Shown one piece after another: positions 26,645 through 42,054 of a DNA stretch of 64,000 nt; the stretch's first letter is position 1; every line of letters starts with the position of its first letter. The notes below the pieces were generated by a model. That model did not search any database. It saw only the letters and a program-made list of their open reading frames with translations, and was not told where the DNA came from. The position numbers were made by a program, and so were the translations under genes. The stretch spans positions 73,966,001 to 74,030,000 of the forward strand of contig OZ024743.1 of assembly GCA_964016885.1 (NCBI GenBank), in the 5' to 3' direction. Origin of the DNA: Eledone cirrhosa. Taxonomy: Eukaryota.

Positions 26645-29337
26645 TTAATTGTAAGTAGTGATGTTGCTGTTCCACTCATATTTTCTATTTAATTTTGGTT
26701 GTAATTCTTTTATGTTTATTGCCTCTGTAATTTGTCTAAACATTGCATCTTTTCTGTGTGTAGATTCTATTTTTATTTCTATGTTCTCTAATTTACCCTT
26801 GTGTTCTATCTTAGCATGTAGAGTACAGATGATTCTTTATTATCTTGAAGGTCTCGCCAGTGTTCATTTATCCGTTCCCCTATATTACGAGCTGTCTCAC
26901 CTATGTACACTATATTTTTGTTTCTACATTGTCCTTCAGTACATCTTATGCTATACACTACATTTCTAGTTTTACAGTTAATATGGGGGCTTATTTTACA
27001 GGGTATACATTTCTTATCTATACATGAGGGTCTTTGGAACGGGTATGTCTTGCTAATAAGTGTTTTTACGGAGGTACCTGGTCTTTCTACTATCTTAATA
27101 TTGAGTTTATATTTATTTAGGACCCTTCTAAATTTGTAGGCTAGTTCGCCTCTACGGGTTGTATCGATGAACATTACACTCTGGTATTTATTGCTATCAT
27201 ACCATGAGTTTATTCTATTGGCCTTGTTCCTAGTTCTTTCTATTATATTCCAAAATTTGCTCCTATACAAGGGGCAGGTCCCATTTATGTCATTATTTAC
27301 CATTTTTTCCCATTTGGTTCTGGCTCCTCTATACACTCTGATTCTATCTCTCTGATTGTAGCCAGAGAACTGCATACGGTGGATGAAGTGTTGTATGTAT
27401 CTCTCTAGTTCTTCGGGGTTGCACATGCGGGACACATTTCTCATCACCCGTACCAAATCCGCAATCAGTATGTTGATTTTGGTATGGTCCGAAATGGCCG
27501 AGTTTCGGTGGATCAGATGTTTGGAAGTCATGGGTTTGGCATAATGGGAATGGAGGATTTGTTTTTGGTTGTTAATGGTATCTAACCAGAGCTCTGTGTC
27601 TAGTACAGGTAATCGATGGTTGGGGTGTCTACTTGGGTAGTCTATAGTAACTCTAATGCTCTGGTGGATGGAGTTTGCTATTTGCTGGATGCTTTCCATT
27701 GTGTTTTTCTCTAGTTCCTGACTGTTCTCTAGTGGGGGTGTCTTAACTACGATGTTTATATCATCTACGTAGCGGGAGTACATTATCAGGGTTAAGCTGT
27801 CTTCTAATTGTTCTTTAAGTTTAAGTTTAAGTCTACTGTCCCACCATACCATGAATAAGTTAGCTATGTCGCCTGCAATGCTAACACCAATGGCTGCTCC
27901 TTCCTCTTGGGCATATGTTTTTCCATTAAATTTGAACATATGTTCCTTAAGGGTTAATTTTATGCTGGCCCCTACCGCATGTGCAATCATTTTCTTCAGT
28001 TCATCGCGGTTTTCGGGTGTCCGTATGGCTCTGGTCCACCCGTTCCATCTATCTGTGTGGGTTTTCTTGGCCATTGAGGTAATGGTAGGTGGTCTGCCTC
28101 TTGCTGGTCTTGTAGGGCACAGGTTGCTAAGGTCATATGTGTCTAGGTAACTATTACTATGGGTAAGCTTAAGTAGAAGTCCCAGCTCACTGGTATCAAT
28201 CCCACGGAACTCAACCTTGCTCTCGCTGATCATTTCTACGCATTTCTCCACAGCAAAATCCACGTCAATAGATGGATACAGGGACACAACATCCATACTG
28301 CCTATTATGCAGTTTGTTAGGTCCCCATATCGGTTACTCACGCCGACTCTGCTGAGGAGGTCCTCCGTGCTGTCACATACATCTGGGGACATCTCAATGA
28401 TGGGGCGTATGATCAGGGAGAGGAAGTAGGACAGTCTGTAGTTACTAGCAATGTTAGCTCCACAGACTGGCCGTGTTGGTGGTCCCGCGACAGGGTCACA
28501 GCCCGTTTTATGGTCTTTTCGAAGCCCATACAACGCCGGCACGTCATTGTTCCAGGCCTGGAAGTTGTTGGCAGTCCTTTTGTTGGGCTGCATTATATTC
28601 GTCCACATCACCATATGGGCATTGAGGGCTTTTTATCTATCCTCATGCCCCTGTGGTGTTACCTCTCTTGTGTTAGTGATGTGGGGTTGCATTGCCTGGA
28701 TGTAGTTTGGCAGACTGTCAACCGACATTCTGCCAGACTTGTCTGTTGGAAAGCATGCTATCTCTCCATTACGTGAGCGCTGCATGAGCTTACGCAAGCC
28801 ATTTGCAGATTTTTCTCCCAGTTGCTGGGCCTCTATTCTATTATGCTTCTTGCTATACTGTTCTATAATATTTCTAAGTTCGGATCTAGCTATACTAAAT
28901 TGTGCTTCTGTTTGTTCATCGACCTGCGACGGCAACTGCGTGCGTTTGTTAAATGGTAAAGTCGTGGCGTGGACTCGTCGCAGGTCGAATGATTTGTCGG
29001 AAGGATTATAAAACGGAGAGTTCCAGGCTGCTGCTTTATGTGTACTAGTGCTATTGTTATTGTTAGTTGTGTTGTTTCTATTTCTATTTCCACCAACAGC
29101 CTCATGGTTGTTTCTATGTCTCTCATAATTACTCCTGTCTCTTTCCACTGGCTCAATGTTGTTATCTCCCCTATTTTGTGTGTCTGTGTGTTCGTCTTGG
29201 TTATTCTCTTTGTCCTTAGTCTCCCTTCTCCTTTTAATCCTATTACTTTCCCTTATTTCTGTGATTTCTGTGCTACTGTCATTACTTGTTTTCTGTGTCT
29301 GTGTGTTTGTTAAGATTGTGGTGGTGGTGAGAGGCAT
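26645..29337 (-). pseudogene. PLE polyprotein (~890 aa): N-terminal DKS motif, reverse transcriptase, Cys-rich linker, GIY-YIG endonuclease; two lesions
   Basis: PTDKSG, SMDVVSLYPSID, QEEGAAIG, YSRYVDD, LPVLD, NVVYSIRC..YIGETAR..ERINEH; in-frame TAA at 28633-28635 joins the two listed ORFs; 4-bp deletion near 26818 relative to the inverted copy, which preserves YQHAKIEH..EAINIK..LNRKYEW. Confidence 0.92.
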
Positions 29338-29884
29338 TGAATGCGTGTGTGTTGTTGTTCATGTGTGCTGTTGTTGATGTGTGTTGTTGTTGTCTCCGTG
29401 TGTGTTATCGTTGTTGTGTGTGTTGTTATTGTTGTTTGTGTCTGCGGATAAATGAACACTGGCGAGACCTTCAAGATAATAAAGAATCATATGTACTCTA
29501 CCAACATGCTAAGATAGAACACAAGGGTAAATTAGAGAACATAGAAATAAAAATAGAATCTACACACAGAAAAGATGCAATGTTTAGACAAATTACAGAG
29601 GCAATAAACATAAAAGAATTACAACCAAAATTAAATAGAAAATATGAGTGGAACAGCAACATCACAACTTACAATTAAGGACAAAATGAAAACACACACA
29701 CACACATAGAACAAACAACCAACCAACAACATGTAAATAAATAAACAAATAGATAAATGAACACAAACACACACAGACACCCGGATGTGGCGCATGCGCA
29801 CACTGAGCACACAACACACACACAGAAACAAAATGGCGTAGGACAGAAGAAAGGAAAGGCACAGAAACAAAGAAAGGAATCCCC

Positions 29885-29929
29885 AGTCACTGAAGAGGTC
29901 ACAGAGTGTGTGACGAAAGGACTATGACT
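29885..29929 (+). ncRNA. Minimal HHR of the Naiad-like pLTR (mutated mirror copy 26396-26440 minus; third copy 56245-56288)
   Basis: agtca-CTGAAGA-g-gtcac(agagtgt)gtgac-GAAA-ggac-TA-tgact. Confidence 0.85.
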
Positions 29930-30152
29930 ATATATAAACAACTATCTGGTTGTGGAACCAACCAACCAACCAGAAATTTATAAATTTGTAGATTTGTAAA
30001 TTCATAAATTTATAAATATATAATAAATTGAAGTGAAAGCAACTGGTGCGTGTGTTTCTTATTGGCAACATGACCCTCCCAAAGTATAACAATATCGGTT
30101 TCAACACACGATTTCAGATATAGAATCTTGCTAAACAAATTCAGAAACGAAA

Positions 30153-30201
<49 letters not shown>

Positions 30202-30283
30202 ATACATATATATATATACATTTCATACATTTTTATACACATACATATATATATATCTACATATAGAAATACACACACACACG

Positions 30284-30387
<104 letters not shown>

Positions 30388-30481
30388 TTTACATATATAT
30401 ATACATACATATACATATACGTGTTTTGCAACGGGTCACTTTGTGGCTCAATGAAAATTTAATAAATTAAATAATCAGAGC

Positions 30482-30591
30482 TATATATCATAAAACATGT
30501 CTATAGAATCACAAGATAAAATATATACCATTTCCTAATTGGGAGAGGAAATGGTATATATTTTATCTTGCGATTCTTTAGACATGTTTTA

Positions 30592-30600
<9 letters not shown>
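30482..30600. repeat. 55-bp inverted repeat with 9-nt spacer abutting (TA)n
   Basis: tatatatcataaaacatgtc..ccatttcct / aggaaatgg..gacatgttttatgatatata. Confidence 0.85.
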
Positions 30601-30677
<77 letters not shown>

Positions 30678-30886
30678 GTAGATTTCTATATGTAGCTATA
30701 TATATATATATATGTATGTGAATAAAAATGTATCAAATGTACGAGAGTATACATATGGATATATATATACAGACACAGACAGTCACATACATACATACAC
30801 ACACACACACACGCATATACATATATATATATTTGCATGTGTATGTTTGTGTGTGTCTGTGTCTGTGTGTGTGTCCATATATATGA

Positions 30887-30919
<33 letters not shown>

Positions 30920-30958
30920 CTCGATGTGTATGTGTCTGTGTGTGTGTATATATATATA

Positions 30959-31009
<51 letters not shown>

Positions 31010-31033
31010 TCGGTGTGTGTGTGTCTGTGTGTT

Positions 31034-31119
<86 letters not shown>

Positions 31120-31513
31120 CGGGGTGTGTGTATGTTTGTGTGTGTTTAGCTCAGCTCTCACATATATACAGTATATGTATCGCCGTAGGTGTGTGTGATT
31201 TTTTTCCTTTGTTACGCTTTGTTTTTCTGTTAGTTCTGGCAGTCACTTGATAAATGACAGATAGCAATGGAAGCTGATTTTAGTAAATAGCCAAATTGTC
31301 AGTGTGGTAATTTCTGAAATTATCATCTGAATGGAAGCATTCTATTTTCACTGCTATTTTCAAATGTTATCCAAATATATTAATACTGCTTCAAGCATGC
31401 TCAGGAATACAACAGCCTGGAAGAGTCCAGTCAGAAATATTTGCATAAGTACAGCTGGAGGTATTTTAAGAGATCTTACTTTTTTCTATTACATTATTAC
31501 TAATACTATCTCT

Positions 31514-34500
31514 TTGTTGGTTTGTTGGTTTGTTGGTTTGCTGGTTTGGTGGTATGTTGGTTGGTTGGTTTTTTGGTTTGGTGGTTGGTTTGTTGGTTGG
31601 CTTGGTGGTTTGTTGGTTGGTTGGTTTTTGGTTGGTTGGTTTGGTGGTTGGTTGGTTTGTTTGTTGGTTTGTTGATTTGGTGGTTGGTTTGTTGGTTGGT
31701 TTGGTGGTTTGTTGGTTAGTTGGTTTTTGGTTGGTTGGTTTGGTGGTTAGTTGGTTTGTTGGTTTGTTGGTTTGTTGATTTGGTGGTGGTTTGTTGGTTG
31801 GTTGGTTTGTTGATTTGGTGGTTGGTTGGGCGGTTGGGTGGTTGGTTTGTTGTTTTGTGGTTGGTTGGTCGGTTGGGTGGTTGGTTTGTTGGTTTGTTGG
31901 TTTGGTGGTTGGTTTGTTGGTTGGTTGGTTTGTTGGTTTGGTGGTTGGTTGGTCGGTTGGGTGGTTGGTTTGTTGGTTGGTTTGTTGGTTGGTTTGGTGG
32001 TTTGTTGGGTGGTTGGTTTGGTGGTTTGTTTGGTGGTTTGTTTGTTGGTTGGTTGGTTTGTTGGTTGGTTGGTTGGTTTGGTGGTTTGTTTGTTGGTCGG
32101 TTTGTTGGTTGGTTTGGTGGTTTGTTGGTTGGTTGGTTTGGTGGTTTGTTTTGTAGTTGCTTTGTTGGTTGGTTAGTTTGTTGGTTAGTTAGTTTGGTGG
32201 TTTGTTGGTTGGTCGGTTGGTTTAGTGGTTTGTTTGTTTGTTTGTTGGTTGGTTGGTTTGGTGATTTGTTGGTTTGATGGTTTGGTGGTTGGTCGGTTTG
32301 TTGGTTTGTTTTTTAGTTGGTTTGGTGGTTTGGTGGTTGGTTTGTTGGTTGGTTTGTTGGTGGTTTGTTGATTGGTTGGGTGGTTGATTTGGTGGTTTGT
32401 TTGTTGGTTGGTTGGTTGATTTGTTGGTTGGTTTGGTGGTTTCTTGGTTTGTTGGTTGGTTTGTTGGTTGGTTGGTTTGTTGGTTTGATGGTTTGTTGGT
32501 TTATTGGTTTGATGGTTTGTTGGTTTGTTGGTTAGTTGGTTTGGGGGTTGTTTGGTTGGTTGGTTGGTTTGTTGGTTGGTTTGGTGGTTGGTTTGGGGGT
32601 TTGGTGGTTTGTTGGTTGGTTTGGTGGTTTGTTGGTTTGTTGGTTGGTTTGTTGGTTCGTTGGTTGTTGGTTTGTTGGTTTGTTGGTTGGTTTGTTGGTT
32701 CGTTGGTTTGTTGGTTTGTTAGTTAGTTTGTTGGCTGGTTGGTTTGTTGGTTTGATGGTTTGTTGGTTCGTTGATTTGTTGGTTTGGTGGTTGGTTGGTT
32801 GGGTGGGTGGTTTATTGGTTGGTTTGGTGGTTGGTTTGGTGGTTTGTTAGTTTGTTGGTTGGTTGCTTTGATGGTTGGTTGGTCTGTTGGTTTGGTGGCT
32901 GGTTTGTTGGTTGGTTTGTTGGTTTATTGGTTTGGTGTTTTGGTGGTTCGTTGGTTGATTTGTTGGTTGGTTGATTTGTTGGTGTGTTTGTTGGTTGGTT
33001 TGGTTGTTTGGTGGTTTATTGGTTTGTTGGTTTGTTGGTTTGTTGGTTGGTTTGTTGGTTTGTTGGTTTGGTGGTTTGGTGGTTTGTTAGTTAGTTGGTT
33101 TGTTGGTTTGTTGGTTTGGTGGTTTGGTGGTTGGTTTGTTGGTTTGTTGCTTGGTTGTTTTGTTGGTTGGTTTGTTGGTTGGTTTGGTGGTTTGGTGGTT
33201 TGTTGGTAGGTTGGTTGGTTTGGTGGTTGGTTTGGTGGTTTGGTGGTTTGTTGGTTTGTTGGTTGGTTTGTTGGTTGGTTGGTTTGGTGGTAGTTTGATT
33301 GGTTGGTTTGGTGGTTTGTTTGTTTGTTGGTTTGTTGGTTGGTTTGTTGATGGGTTGGTTTGTTGGTTTTTGGTTTGTTGGTTGGTTTGTTGGCTTGTTG
33401 GTTTGTTGATTGGTTTGTTGGATTGTTTGGTGGTTTGTTGGTTTGTTGGTTTGTTTGTTGGTTTGTTGGTTGGTTTTTTGGCTGGTTGGTTTGTTGTTTT
33501 GTTGGTTTGTTGGTTGGTTTGTTGGCTGGTTGGTTTGTTGGTTTGATGGTTCGTTGGTTTGTTGGTTTGTTGGTTTGTTGGTTTGGTGGTTGGTTGGTTG
33601 GTTGATTTGTTGGTTGGTTTTGTGGTTTGGTATTTTGTTGGTTGGTTGTTTTGTTGGTTGGTTGGTTTGTTGGTGGATTGGTTTTTTTGGTTTGTTGGTT
33701 TGGTGGTTTGTTGGTTGGTTTGTTGGTTTGTTGGTTTGGTGGTTTGGTGGTTTGTTAGTTAGTTGGTTTGTTGGTTTGTTGGTTTGGTGGTTTGGTGGTT
33801 GGTTTGTTGGTGTGTTGCTTGGTTGTTTTGTTGGTTGGTTTGTTGGTTGGTTTGGTGGTTTGGTGGTTTGTTGGTAGGTTGGTTGGTTTGGTGGTTGGTT
33901 TGGTGGTTTGGTGGTTTGTTGGCTTGTTGGTTGGTTTGTTGGTTGGTTGGTTTGGTGGTAGTTTGATTGGTTGGTTTGGTGGTTTGTTTGTTTGTTGGTT
34001 TGTTGGTTGGTTTGTTGATGGGTTGGTTTGTTGGTTTTTGGTTTGTTGGTTGGTTTGTTGGCTTGTTGGTTTGTTGATTGGTTTGTTGGATTGTTTGGTG
34101 GTTTGTTGGTTTGTTGGTTTGTTTGTTGGTTTGTTGGTTGGTTTTTTGGCTGGTTGGTTTGTTGTTTTGTTGGTTTGTTGGTTGGTTTGTTGGCTGGTTG
34201 GTTTGTTGGTTTGATGGTTCGTTGGTTTGTTGGTTTGTTGGTTTGTTGGTTTGGTGGTTGGTTGGTTGGTTGATTTGTTGGTTGGTTTTGTGGTTTGGTA
34301 GTTTGTTGGTTGGTTGTTTTGTTGGTTGGTTGGTTTGTTGGTGGATTGGTTTTTTTGGTTTGTTGGTTTGGTGGCTGGTTGGTTGGTTTGTTGGTTGGTT
34401 AGTTTGTTGGTTGGTTTGGTGGTTTGGTGGTTTGTTATTTTGTTGGTTGGTTTGGTGGTTGGTTTGGTGGTTGGTTTGGTGGTTTGGTGGTTTGTTGGTA

Positions 34501-35202
34501 GGTTGGTTGGTTTGGTGGTTGGTTTGGTGGTTTGGTGGTTTGTTGGTTTGTTGGTTTGTTGGTTGGTTTGTTGGTTGGTTGGTTTGGTGGTAGTTTGATT
34601 GGTTGGTTTGGTGATTTGTTTGTTTGTTGGTTTGTTGGTTGGTTTGTTGATGGGTTGGTTTGTTGGTTTTTGGTTTGTTTGTTGGTTTGTTGGCTTGTTG
34701 GTTTGTTGATTGGTTTGTTGGATTGTTTGGTGGTTTGTTGGTTTGTTGGTTTGTTGGTTGGTTTGTTGGTTGGTTGGTTTGTTGGTTTGTTGGTTGGTTT
34801 TTTGGCTGGTTGGTTTGTTGTTTTGTTGGTTTGTTGGTTGGTTTGTTGGCTGGTTGGTTTGTTGGTTTGATGGTTCGTTGGTTTGTTGGTTTGTTGGTTT
34901 GTTGGTTTGGTGGTTGGTTGGTTGGTTGGTTGGTTGGTTGGTCTGTTGGTTGGTTTTGTGGTTTGGTAGTTTGTTGGTTGGTTGTTTTGTTGGTTGGTTG
35001 GTTTGTTGGTGGATTGGTTTTTTTGGTTTGTTGGTTTGGTGGCTGGTTGGTTGGTTTGTTGGTTGGTTAGTTTGTTGGTTGGTTTGGTGGTTTGGTGGTT
35101 TGTTATTTTGTTGGTTGGTTTGGTGGTTGGTTGGTTTCTTGGTTTCTTGGTTTCTCGGTTTGGTGGTTCGTTTGTTGGTTGGTTGGTTTGTTGTTTGGTT
35201 TG
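31514..35202. repeat. 3.7-kb G/T-only (GTTG/GTTTG/GTG) low-complexity satellite with ~630-670-bp higher-order duplications
   Basis: Direct reading; near-identical ORF translations offset by 668 bp (33100/33768, 33360/34028). Confidence 0.95.
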
Positions 35203-35238
35203 TTATTCTTTTCATTACTAACTTTACAGATTTCTTTA

Positions 35239-36195
<957 letters not shown>

Positions 36196-36693
36196 ATTGC
36201 TTGACCGAAGCGGAAAATTTGTGTTCAGTGTTCAGCCATGACAATCATGCCCACCATAGCCACCACTCTTTCGCCATAATCACCTGTCAACAGAGACATA
36301 ATGCTACCTGTCATTCTCACCAAAGGAAGATGGTAGAGAGATCGCCACAATGGATTCAGCTAATAGCCGTTGAAGTCCGACGTGTGATAGCAGCGATGAC
36401 AGACATAGCTCCACAAGTCAGCAATACTCGGGCACTGAACGAGCGTGTGTAGGACGCTTTCGTTACCCTAATCACTTTTTCCTGATGAAGGACTAACATC
36501 TGTAACGTTGAAACATTATTTTTCTTTTTCTATCCTTACGAGGTCGATAAAATAAAGTACCAGTAATACACTGGGTAATTGCTGGCCTTGTGCCTAGCGT
36601 AGAAACAATCATTTTTCCTTTTCTATAAAGCGGGAAACGAATAAGACAGTGTGTCATTGTTCTTCGTGTCTTTCATTTATCTTGAGTTATATA

Positions 36694-36842
<149 letters not shown>

Positions 36843-37084
36843 AATGACTAAGTTTCAGAAAGCCGGTATAATGCGAAAGAAAATATATAAAGGGTATAAT
36901 ATGACAAATAAAACAAAACAAAGTAATGTTTTTCCAAATATATATCAACATAATATTTCAGGGCTAAAACCCCTCTTTTCAAATGAGAAGCGAGGACGAT
37001 TCAAATAAAAACAACGATAGGGTGTTCTTCTTTAACTAGTCTTAGTGCCTACTACACTATATATATATGTGGATATATATATAT

Positions 37085-37836
<752 letters not shown>

Positions 37837-37845
37837 AGAGTCAGA

Positions 37846-37940
37846 ACCCGACGGCTGACCTCCAGCCGTTTCGACAGCTAGATCCGAACTAAGTAACCAG
37901 TATTAGAACGGCAGGAATCTAGCTGAACTTATCAAAGGGT
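37846..37940 (-). ncRNA. HHR with U3-A8 core and full stem III
   Basis: accct-TTGATAA-gttcagctagattc..ggatctagctgtc-GAAA-cggctg(gaggt)cagccg-TC-gggt. Confidence 0.75.
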
Positions 37941-38074
37941 ACAGTCCATATATGGGCATGCTGTCAACGTAAAAAAAGCAAAAAAATCTAAGCAAAGAAT
38001 CCTAAAAGTTTGTTATTTTCTTGTCACGGGGAGTGGTCAGTGATATATATATATATACACACACACACGCACAC

Positions 38075-38157
<83 letters not shown>

Positions 38158-38369
38158 CACACATATATGTATACAGTGTAGTAAAATGTAAGTAAATATT
38201 GATGGAATCGGGCAACTCAAGTCCGTAGGGGCCAGTTTGAATATAATTATCAAGGCCAGTTACTTCGACGGTGCCATACTAGGTACGTATGTTTCGTTAG
38301 CCCTGAGAAACAAATTGTTCAATTGTTCAACATGGACCGATGAAAATGTGCCTGGTCTTAATAATTATC

Positions 38370-38417
<48 letters not shown>

Positions 38418-38589
38418 GAGAGAGAAAGGGGGTAGAGAGGTAGAGAGAGAGAGAGAGGGGGAGGGGAAGACAGAGAGTCTACGGTACTGGGCATACTCAA
38501 TGCATGGGGAGATGCAGAGTTTGTAAAATCCTGGCCGCGGTGCTAAATATATATATTTGATGATTCTGTTAGTCCACTGGTGGAACTTC

Positions 38590-38978
38590 AGAGTTAATAT
38601 ATGATCACGCCACCGATACTATGGGTGTGTGGTTAGAATGTCACAGGAAAGTATCGCTGGACAGATTTTATAAGCAAAACCAACCGGCAGGAGACCCAGG
38701 GGTATACCTCGAGCATGATGGTTGGATAACATCCATGATCTTCGTTGGTCTCGCTCAGCGATTCAGCTGGGTCAGTTGGAAACGGTTATTTCTGACAGGA
38801 CCTGCTGGAAGGAGTGTTTGGAAACTCAGCCCCGACAGCCCTCCCAGGATTAAGTGGGCGAAGAGGAAGGGCGAAGAAGACGAAGAAGAAGAAGAAGAAG
38901 AAGAAGAAGAAGAAGAAGAAGAAGAAGAAGAAGAAGAAGAAGAAGAAGAAGAAGAAGAAGAAGAAGAAGAAGAAGAAG
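38590..38978 (+). mobile_element. RTE LINE 3' end with (GAA)n tail
   Basis: Translation with stops RYYGCVVRMSQESIAGQIL*AKPTGRRPRGIPRA*WLDNIHDL..DRTCWK, the typical RTE C-terminus, followed by (GAA)n. Confidence 0.85.
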
Positions 38979-39348
38979 ATATATATTGGAGTCCACCTGG
39001 TAGTGGTGGGGCTGATTGAACAGGGTCATCGAGACGAGAAATAGGCAGTAACTTTACAGCTACCATGCTAGTTGATACATCTATGTCCATCGATCAAATC
39101 GACCCTCTGAAACGATCGTAAAATAATGAACTAACTATCTACCTACACATGACTTCTGTTTTTATTCTCCACACACACACAGACACATCCATACACACAC
39201 ACACACTCATATATAAATATACACAATACGCCAGCACTAACAGTTTTGCAAGAGATGTCAACATGAATGGACCTGCTATTTTAATCTAAAGACATTTTTT
39301 CCAATTCCAACCCGCCCGTTCCCTCAATCTATCTTATTTCTCATTCTT

Positions 39349-39384
39349 TCTTCTGATGAAGGACTAGCGTCCGACACGTTAAGA
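39349..39384 (+). ncRNA. Degenerate minimal HHR of an old PLE 3' end family (also 36478-36513, 43697-43734)
   Basis: tctt-CTGATGA-a-ggac(tagc)gtcc-GACA-cg-TT-aaga; each copy has a different core lesion. Confidence 0.6.
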
Positions 39385-39466
39385 CCCTCTTCCTGCTATA
39401 TCAAGCGTTAACCTAATATATCCCTTCTTATATACTGTACTGATTGTGTTGTTATTTCTGGTTACC

Positions 39467-39545
<79 letters not shown>

Positions 39546-39546
39546 C

Positions 39547-39901
39547 AATGATATTAAATAAATGGAAACTATATTTATAAAACTATATTTCAAGAGTACC
39601 AAAATTTGGTACGCTATCATACCGTTAAGATATATTCTCCTTGGTTATATCAAAATTTATAAAACACACTTCGTATTTTATCTGATGATAGCGTACCAAA
39701 ATGTTGGTACCCTTGAAATATATATAATAGAATAAATATGGTTTTATAAATATAGTTTCCATTTATTTATAGTCCATTTTATTTATAGTCCAAAATTTAT
39801 TTTCCATTGTATATTATAGTCCAGAAAACTAGTAGACTGCTCTGAATCAGTTATAAACATTTATATTTATTGAATTACCAACAAATTGAATATCCCTTCT
39901 G

Positions 39902-39905
<4 letters not shown>
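39547..39905 (+). mobile_element. Solo pLTR with short inverted left arm; HHR at 39674-39734
   Basis: Same family as 260-588; tattttat-CTGATGA..GAAA-tatata-TA-atagaata. Confidence 0.85.
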
Positions 39906-39974
<69 letters not shown>

Positions 39975-39979
<5 letters not shown>

Positions 39980-41068
39980 GAAGAGAGAAGAAACATTTAG
40001 ATATAATTAGTAATAAAATGTATCATACCTAAACTGCTCCTAGATTCCTCGACTACGTAGTTTCGTGGCATAAACAAAAACAATACATCATAAAGATATA
40101 GAGTCCTTGCGAGGTCTGCCGACTTATCAAGAGGATACCTCATTTTACTAGTCTCAAGAACGCGTCTATACGACGTGAGAAAGAATCCCAAAAGGCGGAG
40201 GGGGAGATAGTCACGCGATATAACGGTCGAGAAACAGAGCTAAGCCTCTTATAACCCCGAAGAAAATACCACGGAGGCGGAGGGGGTATTTATATCTAAA
40301 TGTTTCTTCTCTCTTCATAATGTATTTTTAACTCTGATACTGGTTCAATCTAGTTCAACCGGATTGGTCTGTCCCAGTCATTCATTGAGCAACATCGGTG
40401 AAGTTGGCACCCTTAACTCACGGTTGGGTGCGGATGCATTCATGTATATGTGTGTCCCCGCATGTATCTGTGTGTTTCTAAATATATTGTTAATAACTCC
40501 CTCTGGTCGAGCAATCTTTGAAGTGTGGGGACTGCTGGAAAGCTTCCATTACTCATACTTCTCGCCTCCTTCACCACCTCTTCTACGGCTTCGATATAAA
40601 TACCCCCTCCGCCTCCGTGGTATTTTCTTCGGGGTTATAAGAGGCTTAGCTCTGTTTCTCGACCGTTATATCGCGTGACTATCTCCCCCTCCGCCTTTTG
40701 GGATTCTTTCTCACGTCGTATAGACGCGTTCTTGAGACTAGTAAAATGAGGTATCCTCTTGATAAGTCGGCAGACCTCGCAAGGACTCTATATCTTTATG
40801 ATGTATTGTTTTTGTTTATGCCACGAAACTACGTAGTCGAGGAATCTAGGAGCAGTTTAGGTATGATACATTTTATTACTAATTATATCTAAATGTTTCT
40901 TCTCTCTTCATAATGTATTTTTAACTCTGATACTGGTTCAGTCTAGTTCAACCGGATTGGTCTGTCCCAGTCATTCATTGAGCAACATCGGTGAAGTTGG
41001 CACCCTTAACTCACGGTTGGGTGCGCATGCATTCATGTATATGTGTGTGTCCGCATGTATCTGTGTGT

Positions 41069-41072
<4 letters not shown>
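39975..41072. mobile_element. Retrozyme-like element with ~320-bp inverted arms and duplicated tail; U3-A8 HHRs at 40046-40135 (minus) and 40754-40843 (plus)
   Basis: tcctc-TTGATAA-gtcggca..tgccac-GAAA-ctacgtag-TC-gagga in both arms; mirror ORFs 39997-40191 and 40698-40892 identical. Confidence 0.88.
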
Positions 41073-41166
<94 letters not shown>

Positions 41167-42054
41167 ATATATATATATTCATCTATTATTAAGATAATTG
41201 GATGGTTACGAACATACACACGCTCACACGCACGCGATATTGTGCTTGTGTATTTGTGCGTGTTTTTTTTTGTGTGTGTTTTTTGTGTGTCTGAGTGTGG
41301 ATGTTTGTGTGTGTGTCTGTGTGTTATTATATGTGTGTTATTATTATTATGTGCGTGCGCTTTTGCGTACATATTATTATGTCTGTGAGAATATATATGT
41401 ATATGTGATTGCCATTGTTACTGTGCTTAACTATTATATGAAACACGTAAGAATTTATTCTGCAAGATCTATAAAAAGGCTTTTGGCTCGTACGTTTTCT
41501 CAAATATCGACATTAAATCTAAAAGGTGGTGTATAAGAACCTGTTACACACGATGTGACGCTGTGTTGGTGACAGTCTAATTAGCATGGCAATGGAAGCA
41601 CAGATGCCCACTAAATACACATACTATGAATGAATAGTCGTCTTTTCTTGTTACCTATTACTAATTTGAAAGCCAATTGTCTTCTGTTTTACACTAGCTC
41701 GATACAAATCTATTTTAGTCACGAAAACCTTTCCAACTATTCTGCTCGGTGAGAGCAAATGGCGTAAAACTGTAACAAATATGGCGGAGATATTGTTAAT
41801 CTCTGAATCATCTGGAGTGCAGGAGTGTGTGTATACATATTGAGGCGTGTATACGTCTGTGATGGTGTGTTTGTATTTATATCTGTTGATGTGTGTGTAT
41901 ATTTGCGGAGGTGTATGTATTTGTGCTGATATGTGTGTGTGTATATATATATACGGATGTGTGTTTATATATGTGGAGGTGTGTTTATGGCGGTATGCGT
42001 GTTTAAGTATAAGCGTACGTGCACAGAAGTACCAATCATAGAAAAATATATTGT

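Larger units (their letters stand above)
26231..30152 (-). mobile_element. Penelope-like element (probable Naiad clade) with inverted pLTR arms 26231-26874 / 29445-30094 and ~58-bp tail on right arm
   Basis: RT+GIY-YIG ORF, inverted duplication of 3' end, HHR in pLTR, both ends in (TA)n. Confidence 0.92.

Noticed and set aside
26440-29337. Selenoprotein recoding as reported for some Naiad elements
   Set aside because: The internal stop is TAA, not TGA, conserved Cys are normal codons, and no convincing SECIS was seen in the 3' UTR
38755-39090. Poly-E/K/S ORFs
   Set aside because: (GAA)n tail of an RTE LINE
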